A stretch of 64,000 nucleotides of DNA from positions 3,135-67,134 of the forward strand of contig CALATT010000051.1 of NCBI GenBank assembly GCA_937891905.1. The letters run 5' to 3'. Position 1 is the stretch's first letter; each line of letters opens with the position of its first letter. The position numbers and the translations under genes were made by a program. The stretch comes from an uncultured Bacteroidales bacterium (GTDB taxonomy: Bacteria; Bacteroidota; Bacteroidia; Bacteroidales; Paludibacteraceae). Positions 27,560-35,449 of this stretch are shown here, one piece after another. Under the pieces are notes generated by a model, which did no database searches, was not told where the DNA came from, and saw only the letters and a program-made list of their open reading frames with translations.

Positions 27560-27916
27560 ATGGACCTTTTATATCGTTTTTCAACGGCGCTCTTACAAGC
27601 GCGTCAGCGCAAGGATGCCACGCAAGAACAAGTAGCGTGGGCAATTGGCGTATCACACGCCACATATAACGCATGGGAATGTGGACACCGTTTATGTCCG
27701 TACAAACATATTATTGCGCTCATTGATTATTTTGACGACGAGTTATTCACTCGTTGCATGCTGCGTATCCTACTCACCCTTCAGCACAATATGGCTAACC
27801 ACAAGAAGAAGTCCAAAGCCGAATTGACTTCGTATTACTTAAAAATCATTGGATTATTAGCCGACGAATGTGCTGCATGGTTGAGAGAACAAGAAGATCT
27901 CTCAGATATGCGTTAG
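27560..27916 (+). CDS. XRE-family helix-turn-helix transcriptional regulator
   Basis: The HTH segment is LLQARQRKDATQEQVAWAIGVSHATYNAWECG. The preferred ATG at 27560 lies 1 nt after the upstream stop. The ORF-track start at 27530 would overlap the upstream gene. Confidence 0.6.
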   Translation: MDLLYRFSTALLQARQRKDATQEQVAWAIGVSHATYNAWECGHRLCPYKHIIALIDYFDDELFTRCMLRILLTLQHNMANHKKKSKAELTSYYLKIIGLLADECAAWLREQEDLSDMR

Positions 27917-28473
27917 GTATAAATAAAGTAGCCCGCTATTCCTGCAACGACGATGAGTACGATTGGATGACTCAAGAAAGAAGTGAGTTGGTTGTTTTTG
28001 GACATTAGTGAGCAGAGAGCAACGAATGCAAAGATTATCCAACTGATTGAATCGATGAATGTAGTGGGCCGCATGAGTAATAGCGCCGCAGCAGCGATGA
28101 GGCCTATTACTGTGAAACGCAGCATGCGTAGTGTCTGCGTCCAATAAGGATTATTCTGAAAACGCGTATTGAGCCATAGATAAAGCCGGCAAATAGAGAG
28201 CATGATGATTAAACTAGGCAGGACGACCGCAAAAGTGGCGAGTATGCTGCCCCATATTGTACCTGTAGCTGTATATCCTACATAAGTGGCACAATTTATT
28301 CCAATTGGTCCTGGTGTTACTTGACTGACGGCCACTATATCCACAAATTCCTGATTAGTCATCCACGCATGTGTTTCCACCTCAATCTGTATTAGACTGA
28401 GAATAGCCAATCCTCCCCCGAACCCAAAGAGTCCGATTTTGAAGAAACTCAAGAATAACTGTAGATAGAGCAT
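27913..28473 (-). CDS. Chromate transporter (CHR) family, short-chain subunit
   Basis: It has the motif FKIGLFGFGGGLAILSLIQ and is polytopic. It is paired with the adjacent CHR half-size gene. Confidence 0.8.
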   Translation of the reverse strand: MLYLQLFLSFFKIGLFGFGGGLAILSLIQIEVETHAWMTNQEFVDIVAVSQVTPGPIGINCATYVGYTATGTIWGSILATFAVVLPSLIIMLSICRLYLWLNTRFQNNPYWTQTLRMLRFTVIGLIAAAALLLMRPTTFIDSISWIIFAFVALCSLMSKNNQLTSFLSHPIVLIVVAGIAGYFIYT

Positions 28474-28488
28474 TGGGGAATTTGAATT

Positions 28489-29085
28489 TTAGATTTTAGA
28501 ATTTAGATTGCAGATTTTAGATTTAATCCGCAGCACGATTAGGGTTAGGATAATAGTAGCGAGTATCACCCAAACAGGATTTACGCCCACAAGCCATATT
28601 AATAGCGCTGCCACAAGTGATACTAGTAGGAGCCAAGCATTATTTATTGTTTGTGGCTCGCTATTTTTCGCTGCTTTCTTGCTTACGATTTCCCTCTTTG
28701 CCATTCCCACCAAAGGTGCTACTATGAGTGCTACTACGGCAGGTCGTATACCTTTGAAGACAGCCTCGACTGCAGGATAATTCTTCCACTCGCTAAAAAT
28801 CATTGCGATAGTTAGAATGATGACGAATGACGGCAGTACGGCTCCCAGTACAGCTCCTAATACTCCCTTCCAGCCGCCACATCGCCAACCGATAAAGATG
28901 GCTGAGTTGACTGCTATAAGCCCCGGCGCTGCTTGTGCGAGTGCAATCATATTAACAAACTCTTCTTCACTTATCCAATGCTTTCGCTCCACTATTTCGC
29001 GTTGGATGAGTGGCAACATAGCATATCCTCCACCGAGTGTGAATGTGCCTATTTTGAGATATGTTAGGAATAGTTGTAGGAACAC
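28489..29085 (-). CDS. Chromate transporter (CHR) family, short-chain subunit
   Basis: It has the motif LKIGTFTLGGGYAMLPLIQREIV...WISEEEF and is polytopic. Confidence 0.8.
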   Translation of the reverse strand: MFLQLFLTYLKIGTFTLGGGYAMLPLIQREIVERKHWISEEEFVNMIALAQAAPGLIAVNSAIFIGWRCGGWKGVLGAVLGAVLPSFVIILTIAMIFSEWKNYPAVEAVFKGIRPAVVALIVAPLVGMAKREIVSKKAAKNSEPQTINNAWLLLVSLVAALLIWLVGVNPVWVILATIILTLIVLRIKSKICNLNSKI

Positions 29086-29700
29086 TTATTTGTCGTTCAA
29101 CTGTTGTTTTACGAACTTAGCAAGCATATTGATGGCCGCGTTGTTGTGTCCTCCTTGCGGCACAATGAGATCTGCGTATCTTTTGCACGGTTCTATAAAC
29201 TGCTCATGCATAGGTTTGAGTACTCGTTGGTAGCGTTCGATGACTGCTTCAGCAGTTCTACCGCGTTCGAGAACATCTCTTTTCATAACACGCGTGAGTC
29301 TATCATCTGCGTCTGCATCGACGAATATTTTGAGGTCCATCTGCTGCCGCATGGTTGGTTCGCTCAGAGCCATAATACCCTCGACGATAATCACCTCTTT
29401 GGGTTCTATATGTATCGTTTCTTCCTGACGCGTACAAGTGAGATAGGAATAGATTGGTTGTTCAACGGCTTGTCCTTGTTTGAGCATTTCAATATGCTTT
29501 GCAAGCAAAGGCCAATCAAAAGCATTGGGATGGTCAAAATTGATGTTTTGGCGTTCCTCTACAGGTACGCTACTACTGTCTTTGTAATAGGAGTCTTGTG
29601 GAATGACTACGACTTCGCCTTTAGGCAATCGTTCGATAAGTTTTTTGACTACCGTTGTTTTTCCCGAGCCGGTACCGCCCGCAATGCCGATAATAAACAT
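29086..29700 (-). CDS. udk: Uridine kinase
   Basis: It has the P-loop IIGIAGGTGSGKTT, plus QDSYY and FDHPNAFD. The length of 204 aa fits. Confidence 0.9.
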   Translation of the reverse strand: MFIIGIAGGTGSGKTTVVKKLIERLPKGEVVVIPQDSYYKDSSSVPVEERQNINFDHPNAFDWPLLAKHIEMLKQGQAVEQPIYSYLTCTRQEETIHIEPKEVIIVEGIMALSEPTMRQQMDLKIFVDADADDRLTRVMKRDVLERGRTAEAVIERYQRVLKPMHEQFIEPCKRYADLIVPQGGHNNAAINMLAKFVKQQLNDK

Positions 29701-29727
29701 GGTAAAAAAGTTATTTTATTTCGGGTG

Positions 29728-29735
29728 CAAAGGTA
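29728..29735 (-). promoter_or_regulatory. -7 box TAccTTTG for udk
   Basis: The plus strand reads caaaggta, which is TACCTTTG on the minus strand. It lies ~28 nt upstream of the ATG at 29700. Confidence 0.5.
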
Positions 29736-29812
29736 ATAAAAATATTGCACATATGCAAGCGAAGAGTATTCATAGGCGAGATTTTATGCCATAAATTTGC
29801 ATATTTAGGATT

Positions 29813-29864
29813 TTTTTCGAAAAAAGGGTGCTCTAGTTGTATTCAGCAACTATTGAGCACCCTT
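29813..29864 (-). terminator. Rho-independent terminator downstream of hpf
   Basis: The minus-strand hairpin aagggtgctc...gagcaccctt has an inner stem tagttg/caacta and is followed by ttttt. Confidence 0.7.
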
Positions 29865-29904
29865 CTGGATTCCTAAAAAAACCGCGGTAATGAAGTAATT
29901 TCAT

Positions 29905-30180
29905 CTATCCATTCTTGCGTTTTTCCAATTGTGTTTCTAACGCACTTATGCATGCGTCTATTCCTTCCTCAAAAGAATCAGATATTTTCTCTGCAAATAG
30001 TCCTCCAATACGGATTTTTGTTTCTTTGTTGAGATTTGTTTGTGGTTTTACAACAGACATTCGAATCTCTACTTTGTCATCCTCTTTAAGTTGTCTTGCA
30101 AAACGATTCATTTTCTTCTCGATAAAGTCTTCAAGTTTCTTAGCCATCTCGAAGTTTACAGCATTGATTGAAATTGTCAT
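29905..30180 (-). CDS. hpf: Ribosome hibernation factor (HPF/RaiA family, short form)
   Basis: It is 91 aa long. The sequence MTISINAVNFEMAKKLEDFIEKKMNRF... shows the pattern typical of sigma-54 modulation/ribosomal subunit interface proteins. Confidence 0.75.
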   Translation of the reverse strand: MTISINAVNFEMAKKLEDFIEKKMNRFARQLKEDDKVEIRMSVVKPQTNLNKETKIRIGGLFAEKISDSFEEGIDACISALETQLEKRKNG

Positions 30181-30245
30181 AATGGATTACATTTAAAGGT
30201 TAATACTGTGTTTTATTCATGATAAACATGTGTTGTTTTTCATTG

Positions 30246-30253
30246 CAAAGATA
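30246..30253 (-). promoter_or_regulatory. -7 box TAtcTTTG for hpf
   Basis: The plus strand reads caaagata, which is TATCTTTG on the minus strand. Confidence 0.45.
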
Positions 30254-30378
30254 GCAAATTTATTCAGGCCACACAAATAAATATACAAAAATTATGCTAA
30301 AAGGGGTTTAAAATATGCAAAAAACAAAAAAAATAAAGAAAAATTATACTGCCTCTTGCGAGAGTCAAAAAAAATTTA

Positions 30379-30386
30379 TACCTTTG
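30379..30386 (+). promoter_or_regulatory. -7 box TAccTTTG for the pectinesterase gene
   Basis: The sequence ttaTACCTTTGcgc lies 46 nt upstream of the ATG at 30432. This argues against the longer ORF start at 30315. Confidence 0.5.
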
Positions 30387-30431
30387 CGCCATAATGTGTT
30401 TATCTTTTACTCACCCAAAATTTTAGTATTT

Positions 30432-33242
30432 ATGAAAAAACTTTTCTCTTTTGTAGCAGTTGCCTTAATGAGCATTGCTATGTTTGCAGGTCCTAATGAC
30501 TTGTTATGGGATTATTCAGCGGGGGCTCCTTCAAGCAATCCCGACAATGGATTGACTTATTCGAGCACTATTACCGATGGTCCTGGTAAGAACAATGGTT
30601 TGTATGGTATTAAGTTGAACAGTTCGGGTTACGCAGCTTTTACTAAGGCCGCAGTAGCTGGTACTTTGAAACTTGGTTTTGGCCCTCGTTCTGGCACTAA
30701 GGCAGCGAGTTTAGCCATTTACACTTGGTCAGGCGACACCCCTGCGAAAGAGACATTGATTGCTACAACAGCTGAGTTAACCGAGTATGGTTATGTACAG
30801 GTAGAGTTGACTGCAGAGCAAAATAATATTTACATTGCTCGTAGTGCATCTGTAGAAACAGCCCTTCAGGTTATTCAGTTTACAGAGTTTGTTCCTCGTA
30901 CTTTCGTAGATTTTAAGCTTGAATTCCGCACAGATCCTATGACTGTTATCTTGCCTGAGGATGGCACTTTACCAGCGGGTGTATTGGTAGAAGGTACGAA
31001 GTACAATGGTGGTCAGCATGGTATTTACGGTGGCGCTATTACCGTTCCTGTAGATGGCCCAGTGAAGTTTACCATCGGTGCGTGCCAATACAGTGGTAGC
31101 GATATTACTGTAACAAAAGATGGTGCTGCGTTCACAACGATTAGCAACAATGCTTCTTGTGGCGAACAAGCTGGTAAATTCGCACAGAATGTGACTTACA
31201 CTTACACAGGTGAGGCGGCTACATTGGTGTTCACTATGGCAGGTAACACTTATGTGCCTTATTTCTTTGCAGAGGCATGTGATATTACTCCTTGTGAGGT
31301 TATTTTCAAAGATCAGAATGGTACAGAGTTGGGTCGCGTAGAGACCTACGAAGGCGCTACTTTGGCAGAGATTCCTTATACCGAAGCAAATCTTCCTGCA
31401 GTAGCAGAGGGTTATAAGTTCCGCGGATGGTATTACACAAGTGGCAAGAAAGCTACTATTGGAGATGTGATTAATGGCAACACCACTATTCAAGCATTGG
31501 TTACTCCTATTGAGGTAGTTGAAACAGGCGCTATTTTCACTTACCCATTGAATGATGCAATGTTCTATCCTGAGAATCATGAGTCGATTGAGATTGCAGG
31601 TGGTTCATTCCACGATGGCACCCATGGTTGGTATTTCGGTGCTAATGGTACTATCAAGGTACAAGTAGCAGGTAATGCAGTCATCGTTGTTACGATGTGT
31701 ACCTATTCAGAGACAGGCGCTTTGGTATTGACCGACGCCGCAGGTGTTGAATTGGGTCGCGACTCCGTATTCAAGAACGAGACTTCGGATGGAGCAACAG
31801 CCTCTTTCCGTTACACTGGTGAAGCCACTACTCTTACTTTGACCGTTACAGAAAAAGCATACATCCACAAAGTAGTGGTTTATAATGTATTAAACTTTGT
31901 AGAGAAAGACGAGACAACAGGTTATTACATGGTGCCAGCAGGTGACGCAGCTGCATTTATCTTGGCAATTACTGAAGCAAACTCCAAGGGCAATGCGAAG
32001 ATCTTCTTGCCAAATGGCTTGTATGACCTTGGCGAAACTGTTTTAACCGCTATTACTGGTAATAATATCTCTATTATTGGCGAGTCAATGGAAGGTACGA
32101 TTATTAAGAATGCGCCTGATGTAAAGATAGAGGGTATTAGTAGCACAGCTACATTGCATATCATCAAGAATGTAGCGGGTACTTATCTGCAAGACCTTAC
32201 TCTCCAAAACGCATTGGATTACTACAAGAATGATAATGGCCGTGCTGTATGCTTGTGGGATCAAGGTACACAGACTGTTTGCAAGAATGTGCGTATGTTG
32301 AGTTATCAAGACACTTATTATAGCAACATGCAAGGTGCTGTGAAGTATTTTGAGGATTGCGAGATTCACGGAACAGTAGACTTTATCTGTGGTGATGGTA
32401 GTGTTTACTTCAAAAACAACCTCCTTTATTGCGAGAAACGCAAAGCAGCTGGTGGCGGCGAAGATTGTATCACAGCCAACAATGGTATTGAAACCGACAA
32501 AGGATATGTATTCGAAGGCTGTACTATCAAGAGTGAGTGCCCAACTGTTAGTTTAGGTCGCGCTTGGAACGAAACTCCTAAGTGTGCTTATCTAAATACT
32601 ACTGTAGATTTCTCTGCAGGTAATTTCTCATTCGAGAAAGAGGGTGCTATTACTCGTTGGACACATAAGTTGATGAATGCTAATTCTAACGCATGGCCTA
32701 TCTTCGGCGAGTATAACACTCGTGATGTAGCAGGCAATGTGCTCTCTCCAGCAAGCAATGTGGTTACTTTTGTTGACCCAAGTAATGCAAGTTTGACCAA
32801 AGAGGCGGAGACTATTCTTACAGCAGAGCAGGCAGCCGCATACACAATGGCTAATACTCTTGGAGAGTGGGCAGCGACTGCAGTTGCTAATGCTTCTCAA
32901 GTAAATGGTCCTGCGAATGTTGTTCTCACAGGTAGCAACCTCACATGGGATGCTATTGAGGGTGTTGGTGCATACTTAGTAGAGAAGAAGACAGCTGAAG
33001 GTATGGAGTTTGTTGCTATTACCACAGCTACTACTCTTGTTGTAGAGGATATAAATGCAGAGTATGTAGTACGCGCAGCTAATGCGAAGGGCGGTTTTGG
33101 TCTCCCTGCTATTAAGTCTACCGTAGGTGTTGAGAATATTCAAGGTGAGCAAGCACAATACACAAAGGTTATCAAGGACGGTAAGTTATTCATCATGCGT
33201 GATGGTAAGGTGTATGACGCGATGGGAAGTATGATTCGTTAA
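30432..33242 (+). CDS. T9SS-secreted pectin methylesterase (CE8) with N-terminal beta modules, a Listeria-Bacteroides repeat and an Fn3-like domain
   Basis: The signal peptide is MKKLFSFVAVALMSIAMFA. CE8 motifs lie at aa ~497-775 (nt ~31920-32756): LSYQDTYY, GTVDFICGDG and VSLGRAWNE. A Flg_new repeat reads GYKFRGWYY...TIQALV. The C-terminal CTD is KVIKDGKLFIMRDGKVYDAMGSMIR. Confidence 0.85.
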   Translation: MKKLFSFVAVALMSIAMFAGPNDLLWDYSAGAPSSNPDNGLTYSSTITDGPGKNNGLYGIKLNSSGYAAFTKAAVAGTLKLGFGPRSGTKAASLAIYTWSGDTPAKETLIATTAELTEYGYVQVELTAEQNNIYIARSASVETALQVIQFTEFVPRTFVDFKLEFRTDPMTVILPEDGTLPAGVLVEGTKYNGGQHGIYGGAITVPVDGPVKFTIGACQYSGSDITVTKDGAAFTTISNNASCGEQAGKFAQNVTYTYTGEAATLVFTMAGNTYVPYFFAEACDITPCEVIFKDQNGTELGRVETYEGATLAEIPYTEANLPAVAEGYKFRGWYYTSGKKATIGDVINGNTTIQALVTPIEVVETGAIFTYPLNDAMFYPENHESIEIAGGSFHDGTHGWYFGANGTIKVQVAGNAVIVVTMCTYSETGALVLTDAAGVELGRDSVFKNETSDGATASFRYTGEATTLTLTVTEKAYIHKVVVYNVLNFVEKDETTGYYMVPAGDAAAFILAITEANSKGNAKIFLPNGLYDLGETVLTAITGNNISIIGESMEGTIIKNAPDVKIEGISSTATLHIIKNVAGTYLQDLTLQNALDYYKNDNGRAVCLWDQGTQTVCKNVRMLSYQDTYYSNMQGAVKYFEDCEIHGTVDFICGDGSVYFKNNLLYCEKRKAAGGGEDCITANNGIETDKGYVFEGCTIKSECPTVSLGRAWNETPKCAYLNTTVDFSAGNFSFEKEGAITRWTHKLMNANSNAWPIFGEYNTRDVAGNVLSPASNVVTFVDPSNASLTKEAETILTAEQAAAYTMANTLGEWAATAVANASQVNGPANVVLTGSNLTWDAIEGVGAYLVEKKTAEGMEFVAITTATTLVVEDINAEYVVRAANAKGGFGLPAIKSTVGVENIQGEQAQYTKVIKDGKLFIMRDGKVYDAMGSMIR

Positions 33243-33261
33243 TACGAATTTTACACATATT

Positions 33262-33299
33262 AAACAACAGGTGTCCATTCGGCACCTGTTGTTTTTTTT
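33262..33299 (+). terminator. Rho-independent terminator
   Basis: A 12-bp stem aaacaacaggtg / cacctgttgttt is followed by a T-run. Confidence 0.8.
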
Positions 33300-33361
33300 A
33301 ATAAAAAACACAAATGTAGAAAAATTGTTGTCAAAAATTTGCATATGTGCAGTTTTTATTG

Positions 33362-33369
33362 TACCTTTG
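33362..33369 (+). promoter_or_regulatory. -7 box TAccTTTG
   Basis: The sequence ttgTACCTTTGtgg lies ~50 nt upstream of the ATG at 33418. Confidence 0.5.
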
Positions 33370-33417
33370 TGGCGTAATTTTGTCCTCAATTTTACAGTGT
33401 AAATTTTTATAAAAAAA

Positions 33418-34524
33418 ATGAATAGTTTTGGTGTTATTGCTAATGGACTAAAATGTCCAATTATTAAGAACGGTGACTCAATTACCAATATTGCATTAGC
33501 AGTGGTAGAAGAGTATGTGAGTAATGGTATGCTATCTATTGACGATCGTGATGTGCTATGCATTACTGAATCTATCGTAGCGCGAGCTCAAGGCAACTAT
33601 GTAACGGTAGATGATATGAGCCAATTCCTTGGTGCGAATGGCATAAAGAGCAATCTTGTATTATATTCTCCCATCATGTCACGCAACCGTTTTTCTGTTA
33701 TCTTACGCGGTTTGGCGCGTTACGCAGACAGTATAGAAGTAGTACTTAATGGTGCGTGTGATGAGCAGGGTAATCCTAACTATGGTATTAATCCATTCTC
33801 GGGTGTAGACATACAACAGTACTACCAACAAGTAGCTCAAGAGGAGCAATGCGCCTTGCGCTTCACAGCCGTAGAGAACACTACAGTAGAAGAGGTAGTT
33901 CAGCGTTATGACAGCAACGAATGTACTTTTATCGATGCGCGTTGCCACCCCACCACCGACAAGGCGATATACACCTTGGCTTGGGTATTGAGCAGCCCTG
34001 TACAACGCACAAATGGTTCATGGTCTGGAAGCAATGAGAGTTATGGTGTATTGGGTTCCAACAAGTCTGATGACGAGACGCTCAAGTTATTTCCAAAAGA
34101 TTGCTTTGCTTTGTGTCAATCTATCCAAGCGCTTATAGAGGAGAAATATGGTAAGAAAATTGAGGTGCTTGTCTATGGCGATGGTTGTTTCAAAGACCCA
34201 GTGGGTGGAATATGGGAGTTTGCAGACCCAATTACCTGTCCAGGTTACACAGAAGGCTTGGTCGGCACGCCAAACGAACTGAAGTTAAAAGCACTAGTTG
34301 ACACCAAATATAATGAGTTAAGTGGCGAAGCACTTAATGTGGCCATCTCTAATGAGATCAAGAATAAGAAGGCTAATTTAGTTGGTTCAATGGAGAGTCA
34401 GGGTACTACCCCACGCCGTTATATAGATCTCTTAGCCTCTTTGGCAGATCTCACATCGGGTAGTGGTGACAAGGGCACACCAATGGTATATATTAAGAAC
34501 TACTTCAACAACTATAGTAATTAA
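33418..34524 (+). CDS. CofE-like (F420-0:gamma-glutamyl ligase family) protein with a central insertion
   Basis: The pattern parallels archaeal CofE. PIIKNGDSI...DRDVLCITESIVARAQGN corresponds to GDDL...GDVLVV.S.V.SKAEGR. YGVLGSNKSD corresponds to GIDASN. KIEVLVYGDGCF and LADLTSGSGDKGTPMVYIKN also match. Confidence 0.55.
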   Translation: MNSFGVIANGLKCPIIKNGDSITNIALAVVEEYVSNGMLSIDDRDVLCITESIVARAQGNYVTVDDMSQFLGANGIKSNLVLYSPIMSRNRFSVILRGLARYADSIEVVLNGACDEQGNPNYGINPFSGVDIQQYYQQVAQEEQCALRFTAVENTTVEEVVQRYDSNECTFIDARCHPTTDKAIYTLAWVLSSPVQRTNGSWSGSNESYGVLGSNKSDDETLKLFPKDCFALCQSIQALIEEKYGKKIEVLVYGDGCFKDPVGGIWEFADPITCPGYTEGLVGTPNELKLKALVDTKYNELSGEALNVAISNEIKNKKANLVGSMESQGTTPRRYIDLLASLADLTSGSGDKGTPMVYIKNYFNNYSN

Positions 34525-34545
34525 TCCATTTAACTTTATTTGACC

Positions 34546-35427
34546 ATGAAAGGAATCATATTGGCTGGAGGCAGCGCTACTCGTTTGTATCCATTGAGTA
34601 AGGCTATTAGCAAGCAGATTATGCCTGTCTATGACAAACCCATGATTTATTACCCATTATCAACCTTAATGCTTGCGGGTATTCGCGAGGTGCTTATTAT
34701 CAGTACCCCTCGTGATTTACCGATGTTTGAGGAGTTGTTAGGCGATGGTAGTCGTATAGGTATGAAATTCGAATACAAAGTACAGTTGATTCCTAATGGT
34801 TTGGCTCAGGCTTTTGTATTAGGAAAAGATTTCCTAAATGGAGAACCTGGTTGTTTGATTTTAGGCGACAATATGTTCTATGGCCAGCATTTCCGTCGTA
34901 TGTTAGTGGATGCAGTAAAAGAGACTGAGCAAGGCGGAGCTTGTGTGTTTGGTTATGAAGTAGCAGATCCTCGTGCTTATGGCGTGGTAGAGTTTGATGC
35001 AGATGGCAAGGTAGTTAGTTTAGAGGAAAAACCCCAGCATCCTAAGAGCAACTACGCAGTGCCTGGTTTGTATTTCTACGATTCCACGGTATGTGACAAA
35101 GCGGCAGTGTTAGAACCCAGTACTCGTGGTGAATATGAGATTACCGATCTCAATAAGATGTATTTGCAAGAGGGCAGTCTAAAGGTAAAGCTCTTTAGTC
35201 GCGGATTTGCATGGTTGGATACAGGTAACTGTGATAGTCTGCTAGAGGCGGGAAATTTTATTGCTACTATTCAAAATAGACAAGGATTTTATGTGAGTTG
35301 TATAGAGGAGATTGCTTGGCGTAACGGATGGATCAGTACCGAGCAATTAGAGGCTTTGGGTCAGGAGATGAAGACGGCTTATGGTCGTTACTTGCAGCAA
35401 CTTGCTCATTCACAATTTTCCAGATAA
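34546..35427 (+). CDS. rfbA: Glucose-1-phosphate thymidylyltransferase
   Basis: Motifs are MKGIILAGGSATRLYPL and YDKPMIYYPLSTLMLAGIREVLIIS, plus YGVVEFD and the C-terminal region. The ORF-track start at 34540 is a TTG, so the ATG at 34546 is preferred. Confidence 0.92.
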   Translation: MKGIILAGGSATRLYPLSKAISKQIMPVYDKPMIYYPLSTLMLAGIREVLIISTPRDLPMFEELLGDGSRIGMKFEYKVQLIPNGLAQAFVLGKDFLNGEPGCLILGDNMFYGQHFRRMLVDAVKETEQGGACVFGYEVADPRAYGVVEFDADGKVVSLEEKPQHPKSNYAVPGLYFYDSTVCDKAAVLEPSTRGEYEITDLNKMYLQEGSLKVKLFSRGFAWLDTGNCDSLLEAGNFIATIQNRQGFYVSCIEEIAWRNGWISTEQLEALGQEMKTAYGRYLQQLAHSQFSR

Positions 35428-35449
35428 ATTACACATTATTCTTGCCCAC

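Noticed and set aside
27913-29085. Two half-size chromate transporter genes interpreted as a split pseudogene.
   Set aside because: Both halves have intact starts and stops and their own FGGG-type motif. Paired short-chain CHR genes are a known arrangement.
30315-30431. Longer N-terminal extensions offered by the ORF track. Besides this one, they occur at 35381-35449, 56452-56565, 63300-63428, 24540-24578 and 34540-34545.
   Set aside because: The internal ATGs give proper signal peptides or family-typical N-termini. They also avoid long overlaps with upstream genes or sit downstream of a TAnnTTTG box. Several of the extended starts are GTG or TTG.
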